Source: Squalus acanthias (lineage: Eukaryota). Taken from it: a DNA stretch of 64,000 nucleotides. The number at the start of each line of letters is the position of its first letter. The first letter of the stretch is position 1. Shown here piece after piece: positions 1 through 12,310 of the stretch. The position numbers were made by a program, and so were the translations under genes. Location of the stretch: positions 118,856,001 through 118,920,000 of the forward strand of contig CM059431.1 of assembly GCA_030390025.1 (NCBI GenBank), read 5' to 3'. The notes beneath the pieces were generated by a model. That model was not told where the DNA came from. It worked only from the letters and a program-made list of their open reading frames with translations, and did no database searches.

Positions 1-257
1 CTGCAGGACTCTTGGGACACAGGTGAAACAATGGACCTCAGCAACAAATTCCGAGAGCCTCAGCATGATTTTTCCCACATTATGAAATTGCCAACCTAGT
101 GCTAGTTAGTACAACATTTGAGGGCACCTCTGTGCTGTGATCTGCAATCTAGAGGGGCCTGGATTGTATTCAGCTTCAAATAGGTTTCATTCCTAATACT
201 CAATTGTATGATTAATGTCTTTAATAACAAAATCAATTTGATAATGGCAAAAGATCA

Positions 258-438
258 GGGAAAAAATGATCATTTTAACTTAATCCACCTAACGGGAAAA
301 TGACGGGATTGGATCAGCCGCCTGTTTTATCCCCTCCTCCACCCCAACCTGATTTTACTTTCCATGGACGGTAAAATCAGGCAACCGATCTGATTCTGTC
401 GGTCTGCTGCCAGGTGGATTAAGTTAAGATCACCCCCA
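258..438. mobile_element. Short foldback MITE
   Basis: Perfect 16-bp inverted repeat TTAACTTAATCCACCT (275-290) / AGGTGGATTAAGTTAA (412-427), plus inner arms CCTGATTTTAC / GTAAAATCAGG. Outer boundaries approximate. Confidence 0.65.
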
Positions 439-1159
439 AAATTATAGCTGAATAACGCTTTCGCCTTTTAGGCACAAAAATGATTTCACATGGCAAAAAT
501 TCAATCTGCTGAGCTGAGGTGACCTTACCTCTTTTCCGTTTAATAGCTCACGAATATTTCAGATGTTTAGCAAGCTATTTGCTGAGCCAAACGCTAGAAG
601 GTTCTCTGAAAAAAAAGACTGTCAGTACTAAAACTAAGAGCTATAAATATTTTAAAGTTATTTAGTCAGTAATAATGCATTGCGCATACGCTCGTAAAAT
701 TAAACATGTTTTGCTCCTAAACAAAGTATTGTTTTATCAGTATCTAGTTTGTGCAGCTTGTAATACCTTCTAAGCAGAATGCATGCCTATAAGTCGGTAA
801 CATTAATATCTGTCACCATATCTCATTTTTATCAATAAAATTTAGCCGGGATTAATGCCTGCATTGAAATAGTGGACAAAGGCATTGCATACAAATATGT
901 TAAGTGCTCATATGCTTTTCTTCGCACAGCATAATTTCAAAGCTTTAGTCGTACTCTATTTGGTGATAGGCTGACCTCATCTCTTCACAAGGACGAAAGT
1001 TTGACTGGATCTCCTGATCCTCTTAATTGTGTCTTTGTGGAAAAACTCTGAATACATTAATGGTATTGCAGCCTATGGTCTACTTCAGATGGTAGGAAGC
1101 GAGATTGGCACTGTCCTTTACTATAATGGCACCTGGAAACCATCTTTGGTAAGAGGGTA

Positions 1160-1550
1160 AAAGAAAGAAATATATGCATTTATGTAGCGCCTTTCACAAC
1201 TTCAGGATGTACCAAAGCACTTTAGAGGCATTTTTGAAATGCAGTCACCATTGTAATGTTGGAAATGCGGCAGCCAATTTGCACGCAGCAAAGTCCCTCA
1301 ACCAGCAATGAGATAATTAACCAGATCATCTGTTTTAGGTGTTGGTTGAGGAATAAATATTGTCCAGGCCACCGGAGAGAACTCCCCTGCTCTTCTTCAA
1401 ATAGTGACATGGGATCTCTTATGTCTGCCTGAGAGGTTAAACATCTCATCTATTAACTGGATTTCATAGTTAAGTCCCTGGAGTGGGAACAGAACCCACA
1501 AACCGTCTGACTCAGAGGTGAGAGTGCTACCAATTAAGCCACAGCTAACA
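1160..1550 (-). mobile_element. tRNA-derived SINE (DeuSINE/SacSINE1-like)
   Basis: tRNA-like head on the minus strand at ~1480-1550 and (CTTT)n-like tail at 1160. Homologous pieces recur at ~45298-45415 and 46106-48040. Family name is from recall. Confidence 0.6.
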
Positions 1551-1921
1551 CCTAAATGAAAGTCTAGGAAGATAAATTTCAGTACAAAGCATTTTTTCTT
1601 TATATAGATATAAAAAAAATCAGGAACCATTTTGTGGAAAGGATTGTCACTTTTTGGCAAATCTGAAAAAAGACCAAGGCAGGGAATTTGGTGAGTGACA
1701 GGAAAGGAGTTTGAGGAAAATCCAATTCATGTCAACAAATTAGCTGCTTGAAACCCAAAAATGATATCAACCTTAGGAACGATTAAGGTGTATCTCAGAC
1801 CCAAACCCCATTAGGATTGGAAATTAGAATCCTGGACCCAAGCGTCCATTAGTAACTACAAAATCTTGACATTGCAATACCCACAATTATTGTAGGAAAT
1901 ATTGTCTATGATTGAACAGAT

Positions 1922-2100
1922 GGGGGTAAATTTTCATCTTCATTATAAGGGCTGTAAACTAGTGGAACGGATCAAAACCCATTATAGAACCCACCCTTTG
2001 AAATCGATGGAATAAATCCTGGGGGGTCGGGTACATTCTATAATGTGTGAATGGTCTGTTTCACCAGATTTTTGCCCATGCGATGAAGAAACTTTATCTC
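1922..2100. mobile_element. Degenerate foldback MITE
   Basis: Left end GGGGGTAAATTTTC with an imperfect inverted right end. Same size and layout as 258-438 and 50458-50632. Confidence 0.4.
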
Positions 2101-4254
2101 ATGATATCATACTTAGTCCACCTTGAGTTGCCCTAACAACAGTGAGAAAGCATTCAGCCAACAGCCTGAGTAAAGTGCATCATTGGTTGAGAACCATTTA
2201 ATTCTTAGCTTACCAGAGATCAAAAAATGAACAGCCAAACTATGTTGTATCTATAACAGCACTTTATTTTCTTTATTGGCTCTATGCATGCAAGGACAAC
2301 ATGGCTATCGGAGTAGTCACACAAATATTACAATAGCATGGTTTTGGAATTACAACACTATAGCATCAGCTGGTTTCAACTTAATATGGCATAATTCATG
2401 ACATAAAACATGACAGTAGTATAGTCTTATCTAAGTTTAGCATACTACTGCAGGGTAAATTTTATGAATTTGTACCCCTGGCATGAAATTTTGTCAGTCA
2501 GGAGTACAAATAGAAAATTTGGGCATCAGCTTCAGCCAGAAGGACGTCAGAAGCAATACTCTTTCTGGCTCTGACAAAAAGGTTAGACCTTTTTGGGCCT
2601 CCTGCTTGCTATCTGCCCCTGCTAAGAACCTCTGATCTGAGAGGCTAGTCACAAGCAATAAGGCACATTTACTGCTGTTGAAGCTTGGTGGGGGTGTCAA
2701 GCAAAAAACAACCCAGGAAAATGAGGTGAGGAGCACTGATGTCACTATTGCTTCATTTCTATATAATTTCAATGCTTACGCCTGGTGTAGGTACAAGTGC
2801 TTCATTCCTGCGCACCGCCCCCCCACCCCCCGACTTAAGAGAAACCCCCATCAAGTACCTGACCAACAGAAAGGAAGTGGAGACCTACTGTCACAGGTCT
2901 CCCCTCCTTTCTTGTTTGCTTTATACCTGAGAAATAAGTGTTCGCTGATCACAAAACAGAGAAAAATTTGCCCTATAACAGTTTGTATAGCAGCTTAACC
3001 AATAGCAATCATATACTTTAATATAAGTCTATGATATGAGTAAAAAGGCTTACAATCTCTGTACGTAGAAAGTATTTGCTCTGTCTCTCTCCGATAGGTG
3101 GCTATGTCTTCAGCAAGTCCTTCATAATGACGTTCATTTGGGTCAGTTGGGCATCTGCTTTGCTTCTTTCAGCTTACCCGAAATATAAGTTTATATTATA
3201 GCCCAGGAATGACTGTTGAATAGGTTAATACCTCTGTTAAAATAGCAGAGAGAGGAATATAATCTAAGTTTATTAAGCATTTGTACATAAGATCGCTTTA
3301 TGCTTCTTATACCTTGAGAACCTACATTAGTGAATTAACTGCTCACAATTTTATTGGACCTTTCATTCTGAACTGAATTGGCTTACTCCTAAGGACTCTT
3401 ACTATGAACCAGTGCTCCCAGCAGGGAATGGCACTTGCAGGGAGCACATCTTGGGAAATTACAGGGGCATTACCTGTGATTTTTCATCAATTAATCTTCA
3501 AAGATGCAATTCCTGCGAGTACCAATCACTGGATTGTGGAATAACTTTTTGAGTTACTTCTTTATAAGGCTGCACTTTCCTCAGTTTTTTTTTCTTTTTT
3601 TAGTCTTCCTTGTTGCCATTACTATTTCTGGTCTCCAATACTGAAAAATTGGAGTAAGGCTACCTCAGTTATACCTGAACATCAAAGAAATCTTCAGGCA
3701 ATCTAACCTATCAATCATTTCTTCATTAAGACTAGATTACTATTCCTTCTAACCTATCGAGAACCATCAATCAAAACACTACAGCCTTTGTTATGTTGCT
3801 GTGATGAATTTGGCTCAAATGTTCTTGACCTTGCTAACTCTTAACCTTCAGTTATGCTTCATTAAAGTTGACAACCATCTTGGGAGAAATCCTTTATTTA
3901 TTACCCCAAGATGTCCCTCTGCAGTTGAGAAGGCTCTTTAATCAGGAATTGTCAATAAATCCACTAAGTATTGCAGTTGTCCCTTAAGCTTGAGAGCCGA
4001 ATGACCTCTTTAGTCATCCAAACATAAACAGAGAAACTCTAATTGCATCATTTCTGCTTATTAGATTTTCTATAGCATCTGCATTAAAGGTACTTCCAAT
4101 CAAAAGTTTACCTGGCACATGCTGTTATTCAGGAAATGTATCCTTGGGAATCAGTCTCTCTGTTGTATATCAGTGTTGTCATTAACACAAATAGAGAAAG
4201 TACTTTTATCAGTTTCAGCTGCATAAGATTTGACCATTTGCTTATCACCCGTGT

Positions 4255-4682
4255 CATAGAAACATAGAATCTAGGAGCAGGAGTAGGCCATTCGGCCCGT
4301 CGAGCCTGCTCCACCATTCAATACGATCATGGCTGATCATCCAAATCCAGTACCCTGTCCCTGCTTTAATCCCCACAGTACACATATCCCACCCTACCCC
4401 CATAACCCCACGTATTTAATTCCCCCTAACATATCCCATCCTATCCCCATAACCCCACATATTTAATCCCCCCCTAACACTAAGGGTCAATTTATCATAG
4501 CCAAATCAACCTAACCCGCACATTTTTGGACTGTGGGAGGAAACCGGAGCACCCGGAGGAAACCCACGCAGACACAGGGAGAATGTGCAAACTCCACACA
4601 GACAGTCACCCGAGGTCAGATTCGAACCCGGGTCTCTGGCGCTGTGAGGCACCAGTGCTAACCACTATGCCACCGTGCTGTC
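4255..4682 (-). mobile_element. V-SINE (HE1-like elasmobranch SINE), near full length
   Basis: Minus strand shows a tRNA-like head with B-box GGTTCGAATC, the V-domain (plus strand GGAGGAAACCGGAGCACCCGGAGGAAACCCAC) and a CR1-type 3' tail ending (TTTCTATG)n. Confidence 0.8.
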
Positions 4683-5368
4683 AATAATCTTTAAGCTAGA
4701 GACACATACCTGTTCTTTAAAGAATCCTCAAATATCAAACAAAATGAAGTTTTAACCTTATCTTACACATACAGGCCTAGACATCCTGCCAGTTTCCCAT
4801 CAATTATTCAGTGGATCGAGGCTGGGTGGGAGCGGAATTTTTTTTTAAAGACTTATGTCTTTGCTTCTTTGCACTTTCTCCCCTCTTGTTGGTGCCTGGG
4901 CTGGTAGTGCGGAATGACGCATCTCTATATGGGCGGGTGTATGAAAAAAAGATGCAAATGAGAGAAATATGTCCTCCAATAAATTTCCTATCATTGGCAT
5001 CATTTGAACGCTGGATGCAAAGGATACGGGTTAAGCTCAAGCATCCAGTGTTCGAGGTTGGTGGGGTCAGAATTTTTTCCCCATTTTAAGAAGGAAGGTT
5101 TTTTAATTAGCCTTGTTACTGGCTCCTAGGGTCAGGGGTGCATCTCCATGACAGACAGAAGGAGTGCATCTCCATAGCAAACGGAAGTCCCCCCCCCCCC
5201 CCACTACTGGAGATATGCCTCAATCAAAGAAGGTTGGAAAATCCAGGCCACATTATCAATAATAAAGAAGAGCATTACGTAAACCAAAGTGCTTACTAAA
5301 GGACACAATGTACTGTGAAGCAACTTGAAGAAACTATTTCTGAATTGTTTTTCATGCAGAATGTCCAT

Positions 5369-6345
5369 TGTGGTTAGGTGAACCCACACCTTCCCTCTTA
5401 TACTCTAATTCCAGAATCCAACCTGAACCCATCTGGGTGGGGTAAAATGATCAAGGCTCACAACTCAGTACAACTCAGTATTCTTTTAACTGTTTATTGT
5501 ACTACGGATAACACACAAATGTCAATGCACTGATCCCTTTAACTTCAAACAGTACTCACATACACTGTTCCCTTTAACTCTCTTTAATTTCAAACACCGC
5601 TCACTCGGAGGAGTATGTTTCCATCTGTATGGGTGATCAAATCCGTCCGCAGTTCCCTTGCAAGTTGCCGAAGTTTGTCCTTAAACGCACCCTTTTTGTA
5701 ATACAAAGATCATAACCATGACAACTGATTGACGCAACCCCCTCCTTTTAATTGTACCATCTTAATCTTGTTTGTTTCTGCAAATCTATAGAGTACTTGA
5801 TTTGATCACTTCTCTATCCTGGGTCAGTGAATAGTCCATTATCACACAAAGGTGTTTTGATGGGGTCTGAAAGGTTGGCGAATGGGTTTTACTCCAGCAA
5901 CAATTAACATCTCCAAAGGATGAGGGAACCAATTCAGACTCGGTGGAACCATGGTCGTTACCTGTGGTGTTGATTTGTAAGTCTTGTTAACAGCCTGAGC
6001 ACAAGAGTTCAATGGACAGGACAGTCAGTTAAATTTAAACAAACACATGTCATTGTGTGGCCTGATTACTCCAGCTACTTCCTTGGTTAGCATATTCATA
6101 AAGTCAATCAATCGTGTCTGTGACTCTATATGAATAATTTCCTCCTGCATTCCGTTCAGCTCACAGCTTGTCTTAAAAGTTCATCTAAAATTCCCGTTGG
6201 TTCCTTGAGGCATGCTGGGATATGAAGCTTGGTCAATTTCTTATGATTGGTCAATTTACAAAACTGTCTGCACAGTACAGCCGCTTAACCCTTTAATGTC
6301 GGTTTACTTTAAGTTAAGTGCGTTCTTGCTGCAGGACTGGCTACA
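5369..6345 (-). repeat. 3' LTR (977 bp)
   Basis: Direct repeat of 18845-19617 plus 27213-27457; begins TGTGGTTAGG and ends GGACTGGCTACA on the plus strand. Confidence 0.95.
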
Positions 6346-6398
6346 GGAGTCCACCATTAAGTGACTGATGTACTGACTCCTCAGGGAATCAGTCACTT

Positions 6399-8694
6399 TT
6401 AAACCAACTTCTCCTCTTCTTGCTGAACCAAGACCTCACACGTTAACTTTTGCTGTCTCTTCTTCTTCCGCCGTCTTTTCTCCGCCATCGCCAGATATAG
6501 CAAATAGATCACAATGATCAATTGGATTATGACCAATACATGAGACACGATTCTTATCCAAGGATTTATCTCAACTGTAGTTCCCCAATTCCATAATTGT
6601 TTCCACCATGGGATAATTTTGATATTTTGTATGTCTTTCCCCACTTCCCTTTGTCATTGTTTTAATTCCCACAATACATGCTAGGTTACATCAAGATCAT
6701 TCCGTAATTTAGTTATTTTAGCCTGAACTTCGGGTTCAAGTAAATCTATATCAAAGCCAAACTGACTAACAAATTCTTCCATGTTCAAATTAGAGAGTGG
6801 GTCTGATACATCGATACCAGTTTCCTTTCCTAGGTGTAAGGGTTGTAGGATCCCAGGCTCAATGCAAAAGGTTGGTTGTATAACTGGGCATGTCAAATTA
6901 TTTCCATAAATAAAAGATTTTACAGTTGCGGTTACACAATACATTCCATTCCAATTAACAACTCCATGTCTTCCTGATGTAGATTGCGTGGTACAATTTG
7001 CACTCTTCCCAGAGAATCCACACGCTGATCCTTCATGGTCATGTAGTCTATAGGGACAAATGACTGTCTCTCTCACTTGCTGACATCCCACCAGGTCTGT
7101 GGGAATCCATCTATCCGCTCCACTCGCGGAGGCGTTATAGGCTACATAAGGAGCATTGTCTCGGTGCTCTGTTACTATTTGTGTCCCATACAATACATGT
7201 CCAATGTTTTCTACTCTAAACAGGGGATATCCCTGATGGTTTGGAGTTATGAGAGGGAATTTCAACACTATTCCTACCACTGTATCATTAGCAGGACTAT
7301 CACATTTGTGATAAACTACTTGAGCCTTAATCAACCTTCTTAATTTACATATACTCACATTAGGTGAAATTTCATAATCTGTCAATTGTGTTAAGTGTTC
7401 ATTGCTAAGCCAATCAGGTACGTGTCCCTCCTCTAATTTCTCTAAATTATGGCGGGTTTGTTCTACTAACCAACCCCCATACATCATGCACACGTCATTC
7501 TGAGCTGCCTCTGTGCTAGCATTTTGATCTTCCTTGATGAGCTGATCCACCTTTCTAGCAGTATCTAAAATAGGATTAGTAAGTTTTGTTATCAGGTCCT
7601 CGTATAGTTGCTGTTGCGTTAAATTATTTCTTTGCTGTAAGATACTTTTGCTTTTCTGCTTAGCTTTCCTTAATTCACTATTCATTGTTACTAAATCTAA
7701 TCTATTATAAGCCATTCCTGCTGTATTGACTCCCGTCACTATATCATTAATCAAACTCCTTCTCTTCCTCTTTCCTTGTGGGCTTTGGGTCATGACCATG
7801 GCAGTAGATGGAGTAGACCACTTCTCCACTTTTTCATAATGATTTTTAAATCTTTAGATTCTCATGAATCTCCAGTGTCCCCCAAAAATCTTTAACTATT
7901 TGTTGCCACATTTTATCTATAAGCTGTCGGGTGTCTCTTTTATACCAGCTTGGCCACCTTGCCTTGGTCAAATTCAAAATAACTGGAATTATCTGATAAA
8001 GTACGTTTTGATATAAAATCTGATTGGTTGGGACCAATGCCAGGCCATTTTTGGGTCCTGGTATTTGCTTTGAACACTCTGGAGATTTTTGTTGTTTTAA
8101 TTCGGGTGTTTTCTTTGGTGCCGTTTTTAACTGATACATTATTATAGCTTGATAGTTTACTTCTTCTTTACTCACACTCTTTCCTGCTACATTATTCCCA
8201 AACGCACTACGCTCACAATAATATCTGCCTTCGTATTGCTTATTCCAATTCAGCCAACAATAGACTATACCGTCACTCACAGAGTGATTGGTTTCGTACA
8301 ATCTTACAGATACAGCCGGTTCTACATTTAACCTTTCCACACTCGGTTTTCCCGGTGTAGGCGTGAGCAGTACTATGTCTAAGGCACTACGTAATTGAGG
8401 TATTATGTACTTGTTACCATCCCGGGGTGACTCAAAGCTACATTTTACACAAATACGTCTCCTTTCCTTTACCTCTATCACCTTTACCAAAGCTAAATTA
8501 CCCTTGCATCCTGTTGCCCCTTTTTCAGAGCTGTTATTACTGTCAAAAGGACAGGCAAAATACAATTCCTTAGAGTATGTTTCAGCTTCGGCTGTTTTCC
8601 CCAGGTAGGTGACTGTCGATGAGCACCAACCTACTTCGGAGGTCACACTTTCGCACCACACGATTCCCAAGAGAAGTGCTAACACACTCTTCAT
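6399..8694 (-). pseudogene. env: Envelope glycoprotein (class I fusion, F-protein-like), in three broken ORF pieces
   Basis: Signal peptide MKSVLALLLGIVWCES; furin site RKRR/S (7769-7758); fusion peptide then heptad repeat; long Cys-rich ectodomain; TM helix IVSHVLVIIQLIIVIYLLYL; basic tail. Confidence 0.85.
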
Positions 8695-8718
8695 CTTTTC
8701 CTCCTTTTCCCTTTTTCC

Positions 8719-8745
8719 CTGTAAAATAAAATAAACGAAGATTCG
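8719..8745 (-). promoter_or_regulatory. env splice acceptor
   Basis: Minus strand CTTCGTTTATTTTATTTTACAG, ending 24 nt upstream of the env ATG. Confidence 0.6.
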
Positions 8746-9434
8746 CTCTGCGTTGGCCCCTACTACACTATCCAGGCTATGCAGATCCGATTGGTTAAAT
8801 AAGTAACATATTCATTTACAGAATTTACATGCGTGCCCTTGGCATTTATGACTCCTCAAGTTATATTTCAGGCCTCTAGGGATGTAAGACGTTCTGATTG
8901 TCTGACAGTTTATAGAGTTCAGACCCGTGGAACAGACAACACAAAACCCAATGAATCTGTGAAACTTCTTTTACTTAAAAATCAACAAGAGGTTACAAGT
9001 AATTACCAGAATACAAACTGTACTCAATTCATGTACTTATTACAAGCAAACATCTAAAATCATTTACTTTAGGCTCAGGTGATTATAAGCACCACATACG
9101 TACTAACACCAGATGAGAGGTCAATTCAATGATGACTAGACGTATGACTTTAACTGGCAACTGACCAGGTCACCATCGACTGCAGCCCCGAATGTCAGCC
9201 TACAACATCCCTTATACCCCAAAACTTGGCAACTCGCTCACAGCATTCGTGTCCCAAACTGTGTGATTAACGTTGTTTTTCTCTCTCTCCTTCTATCTGT
9301 TTTGACGCTTAGTTAACCAAGGCCAGACATTCAAGGATTGGAGAGTGTCGTTGTTTTCACATTTGCAGGTTGTTGACTCGTGGTTCTCACAGAATTTTCA
9401 AGATCTTATCTTTAGAAGGAAAAATACCAGCACA

Positions 9435-11957
9435 TCATGCTTTAGCCAAGCAGTCTCTTGCCCTCAAAGTTTGTCGGTACACTTGGTAACTTTTCGATTC
9501 AGTCAAGTTTATCATAGACAGTATTACACGGCTAGCGCCCTTTGGGCTCTCTCCCTTTCTGTTGGCACCTCCTGTTGCCATTCTTCGAAGGGCTGGGACT
9601 GATGCTGGTGGCCTTTGTGGCTGTCTCTGTGGCTGTATTACCATAGGTACACCCTCATCTTCCATGGTCCACCATTTTATCATACTCATAACAATCCCTT
9701 CCGCTCTCTGTTGTTTCCTTTGGGGTTTGTACAGTTTAATTTGATTGATGTGGAATCATTTTACCTTCTTGGGTAGTTGTACCGCATATACCAGTGGGCT
9801 AGCTTTTTCCACAATATTATACGGTCTCTTATACAGCGGTTCCAACACTCCTACCCGAGCATAATTCCTTACCATCACCTGTTCCCCCCATGTCCCATTC
9901 CTGTGATTTGTGTGGTTCTAAATTCATTTTATTGGTTTGATGTTTTCTGCCAATATTCTCTGCAATGTCTGCAGAGGTCCTCTAACTGTTTCTTCAGGTC
10001 TCTCACAAATCTGTCCCGAGTTACTTCCTTCTCCTGTCTTTCAGTCAGAACAGGTACCAATAAGTGTACCGGTGTTCTCATAGGTCTCCCTGTCATCAAC
10101 TCATGAGGGGAATACCCTGTTGTATGATAGGTACTCCCCCTAATAGTCATCAACACCAGTGGTAATACTTCATCCCATTTCTTCTTTCATTTAGGGTTCT
10201 ATTCATGTGCACTACAATTCCTGAAGACTGCGGATTATGGCTTACATGCCATTTCCTTTTGATACCCAGCAGTTTCAAAGTCGCTTGCATTACCTGTCCA
10301 GTAAATGACTTCCCTGATTTGATTCCACGATCCGTGGTAGACCCTATCTGGAGAATACCTCCTTCACCAGGAATTTAGCCGTAGTTAGGGCAGTAGCTGC
10401 CTTACATGGAAACGCCTCAACCCATTTGGTGAAGTTATCTACCAGAACTAAACAGTACTTATTCCCTCTGCTGGAAGTTGGGAGGGGTCCTGTAAAATCT
10501 ATCTGCACACACTGCCAAGGCCCTTCTGATCTTCTGGTGTGCCCCAAAGGTGCCTTTCTCCTATGTGGGTCTGGATTATTGGACGCACAAATCAGACAAT
10601 TATGACAAAAATCCTCCACATCTTCTCTCTGATGAGGCCACCATCCCACTGCATTTACTCGTCTCCACGTTTCCTCCACACTAGGATGCCCTGCTCCCGG
10701 TCCCCCATGTACTAATCAGAGAAAATCCAGCCCTTCTTTTATTCCCACTTCAGATCTTCCATAGGGTCCCTCAACAGTCTCCCCCTTTTCTAGTTTGCCT
10801 AACACCTCCCTGCGTACTGGATCCGCCTTTTGCACAACCGTAAGATCATTCTCTCTCACTGGCTCAACTGCTGCCATCATTGCTATTTCTCCCATTCCTT
10901 CCATGGGATGCCAAGGCACTCCTCCTACAGCACCTTTCTTTGCTAGCACGTCTGCTTTCTCATTTCTTTCCCATCTCGGCTCTGCCTTAGAGTGAGCCTT
11001 CACTTTGTGTATAAAATAGTCATATTTCCCTTCATTGTTCCTGATCACCTGATCCTGAGCAACGTCTTCAGCATAGGGCCACTTAAGAGTGGTTTCCCGT
11101 CTGCTGATTTAAATCCTCGCTTTTCCCAAATCGTTAGAAACTCCGTCAGTGAATTACAAACAAACATAGAATCCGAACAGATAGCATATGGTGGTGGGAA
11201 CTCAGTTGGGTGAGTTGCTACATATGCAACAGCAGCCAACTCCGCTTGCTATGCACTCGGATGATTCGATAATTTCAGTGACACGGCTATCTTATTACTC
11301 GGATCCCAAATTCCACATCCTGTCTGCCTTTCTCCCTTTTCCATATAACTGGATCCATCTACAAAGATGTCTCTCCCCTGCGGGAGAATGCCCTTCTTAA
11401 TTCCTTCTTCTATTTCCCACACCCCCTCTACTGCACTTTGATGTGGTTTAACCATGTACCCCATATTTACTGCGAGGGTCGGGTGGTTCAATGGTTCCAC
11501 CTTCAGATCATATGACCCCAATAACACAGTCCATCTACTAATAGTAGGGCTGGACACCGTCCCTTCTTTAATTCTCCCATCTACCAATAATCTCGTCGGA
11601 GTATGTCCCGTTCTCAGGGTTACTGTGGCGGTTCTTGTAAATACAGCAAAGTGTTTAACTGCCCAGTAGGTAGCTAACAGATGTCTCTCACGTGATGAGT
11701 ATGCCATTTCTACCGGAGTTAATGTCCGAGAAGCGTACGCTACTCGTTTCCCATGGGCTGATTGTAACTCACCGCAATATCCTGTCAGTCCTAAAAATGA
11801 TCTTAAAGCCGAAACATCCTCTTTGCCTCATCTATGCCTCTCTCTCCCGGTCTCAGTGTGAGCCCCAAAAATTGTACCTCCTTTTGCCCTATCTATTAGG
11901 GTTTACCTTCAACCCGCATCGCGTTAGGAGCTACAACAACTCCTTCAGCAACACCAT
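9435..11957 (-). pseudogene. pol: pol 3' part: RT thumb, tether (degenerate RNase H), RNase H, integrase, C-terminal extension
   Basis: AYASRTLTPVEMAYSSRERHLLATYWAVKHF; IFVDGSS..AELAAV..SDS..HKVKAH..NEKADVLAK; HHCC (CHNCLIC); WQCVQIDFTGPL; DQGSHFT. Multiple stops and frameshifts. Confidence 0.92.
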
Positions 11958-12156
11958 GGGCTCGATTTTAATTCTCGAGTCGGGTTGTGTGGTGGGCGGG
12001 TTCCGGAGCCGCTTCCGGCGGGATCAGCTGCTGATGTCCGATTTTGATTCAATGAGCTTGTTGATTTCAATGAGGCGCGCTGGCCGGTCCAATGAGTGCG
12101 ATCGAGTCGGCTGGCCACCTCTGATGATGTCATAATAGCTGCTGCTTTTAAAGCTG

Positions 12157-12236
12157 AGAAGTCGCACAACACCAGGTTATAGTCCAACAGTTTTATTTGA
12201 AATCACAAGCTTTCGGAGCTGCTGCCCCTTCGTCAG
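12157..12236 (-). ncRNA. Penelope-like terminal fragment with minimal type I hammerhead ribozyme core
   Basis: Minus strand CTGACGA-A-GGGGC-AGCA-GCTCC-GAAAGCTT, then AATAAA. 13-bp TSD GCTTTTAAAGCTG at 12144-12156 and 12237-12249. Confidence 0.75.
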
Positions 12237-12310
12237 GCTTTTAAAGCTGCCATTCAGCCTAAGCCTTTCTCTTGTGGATTCCTGGACTCATTGAAATTGA
12301 TTTTGATGCA

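Noticed and set aside
1000..1155. Possible host exon (EYINGIAAYGLLQMVGSEIG..|GTAAGA)
   Set aside because: In-frame stop upstream, no convincing acceptor, no recognisable protein.
4370..4470. Short tandem direct repeats resembling an array
   Set aside because: Internal duplication within the V-SINE; no spacer structure; eukaryotic context.
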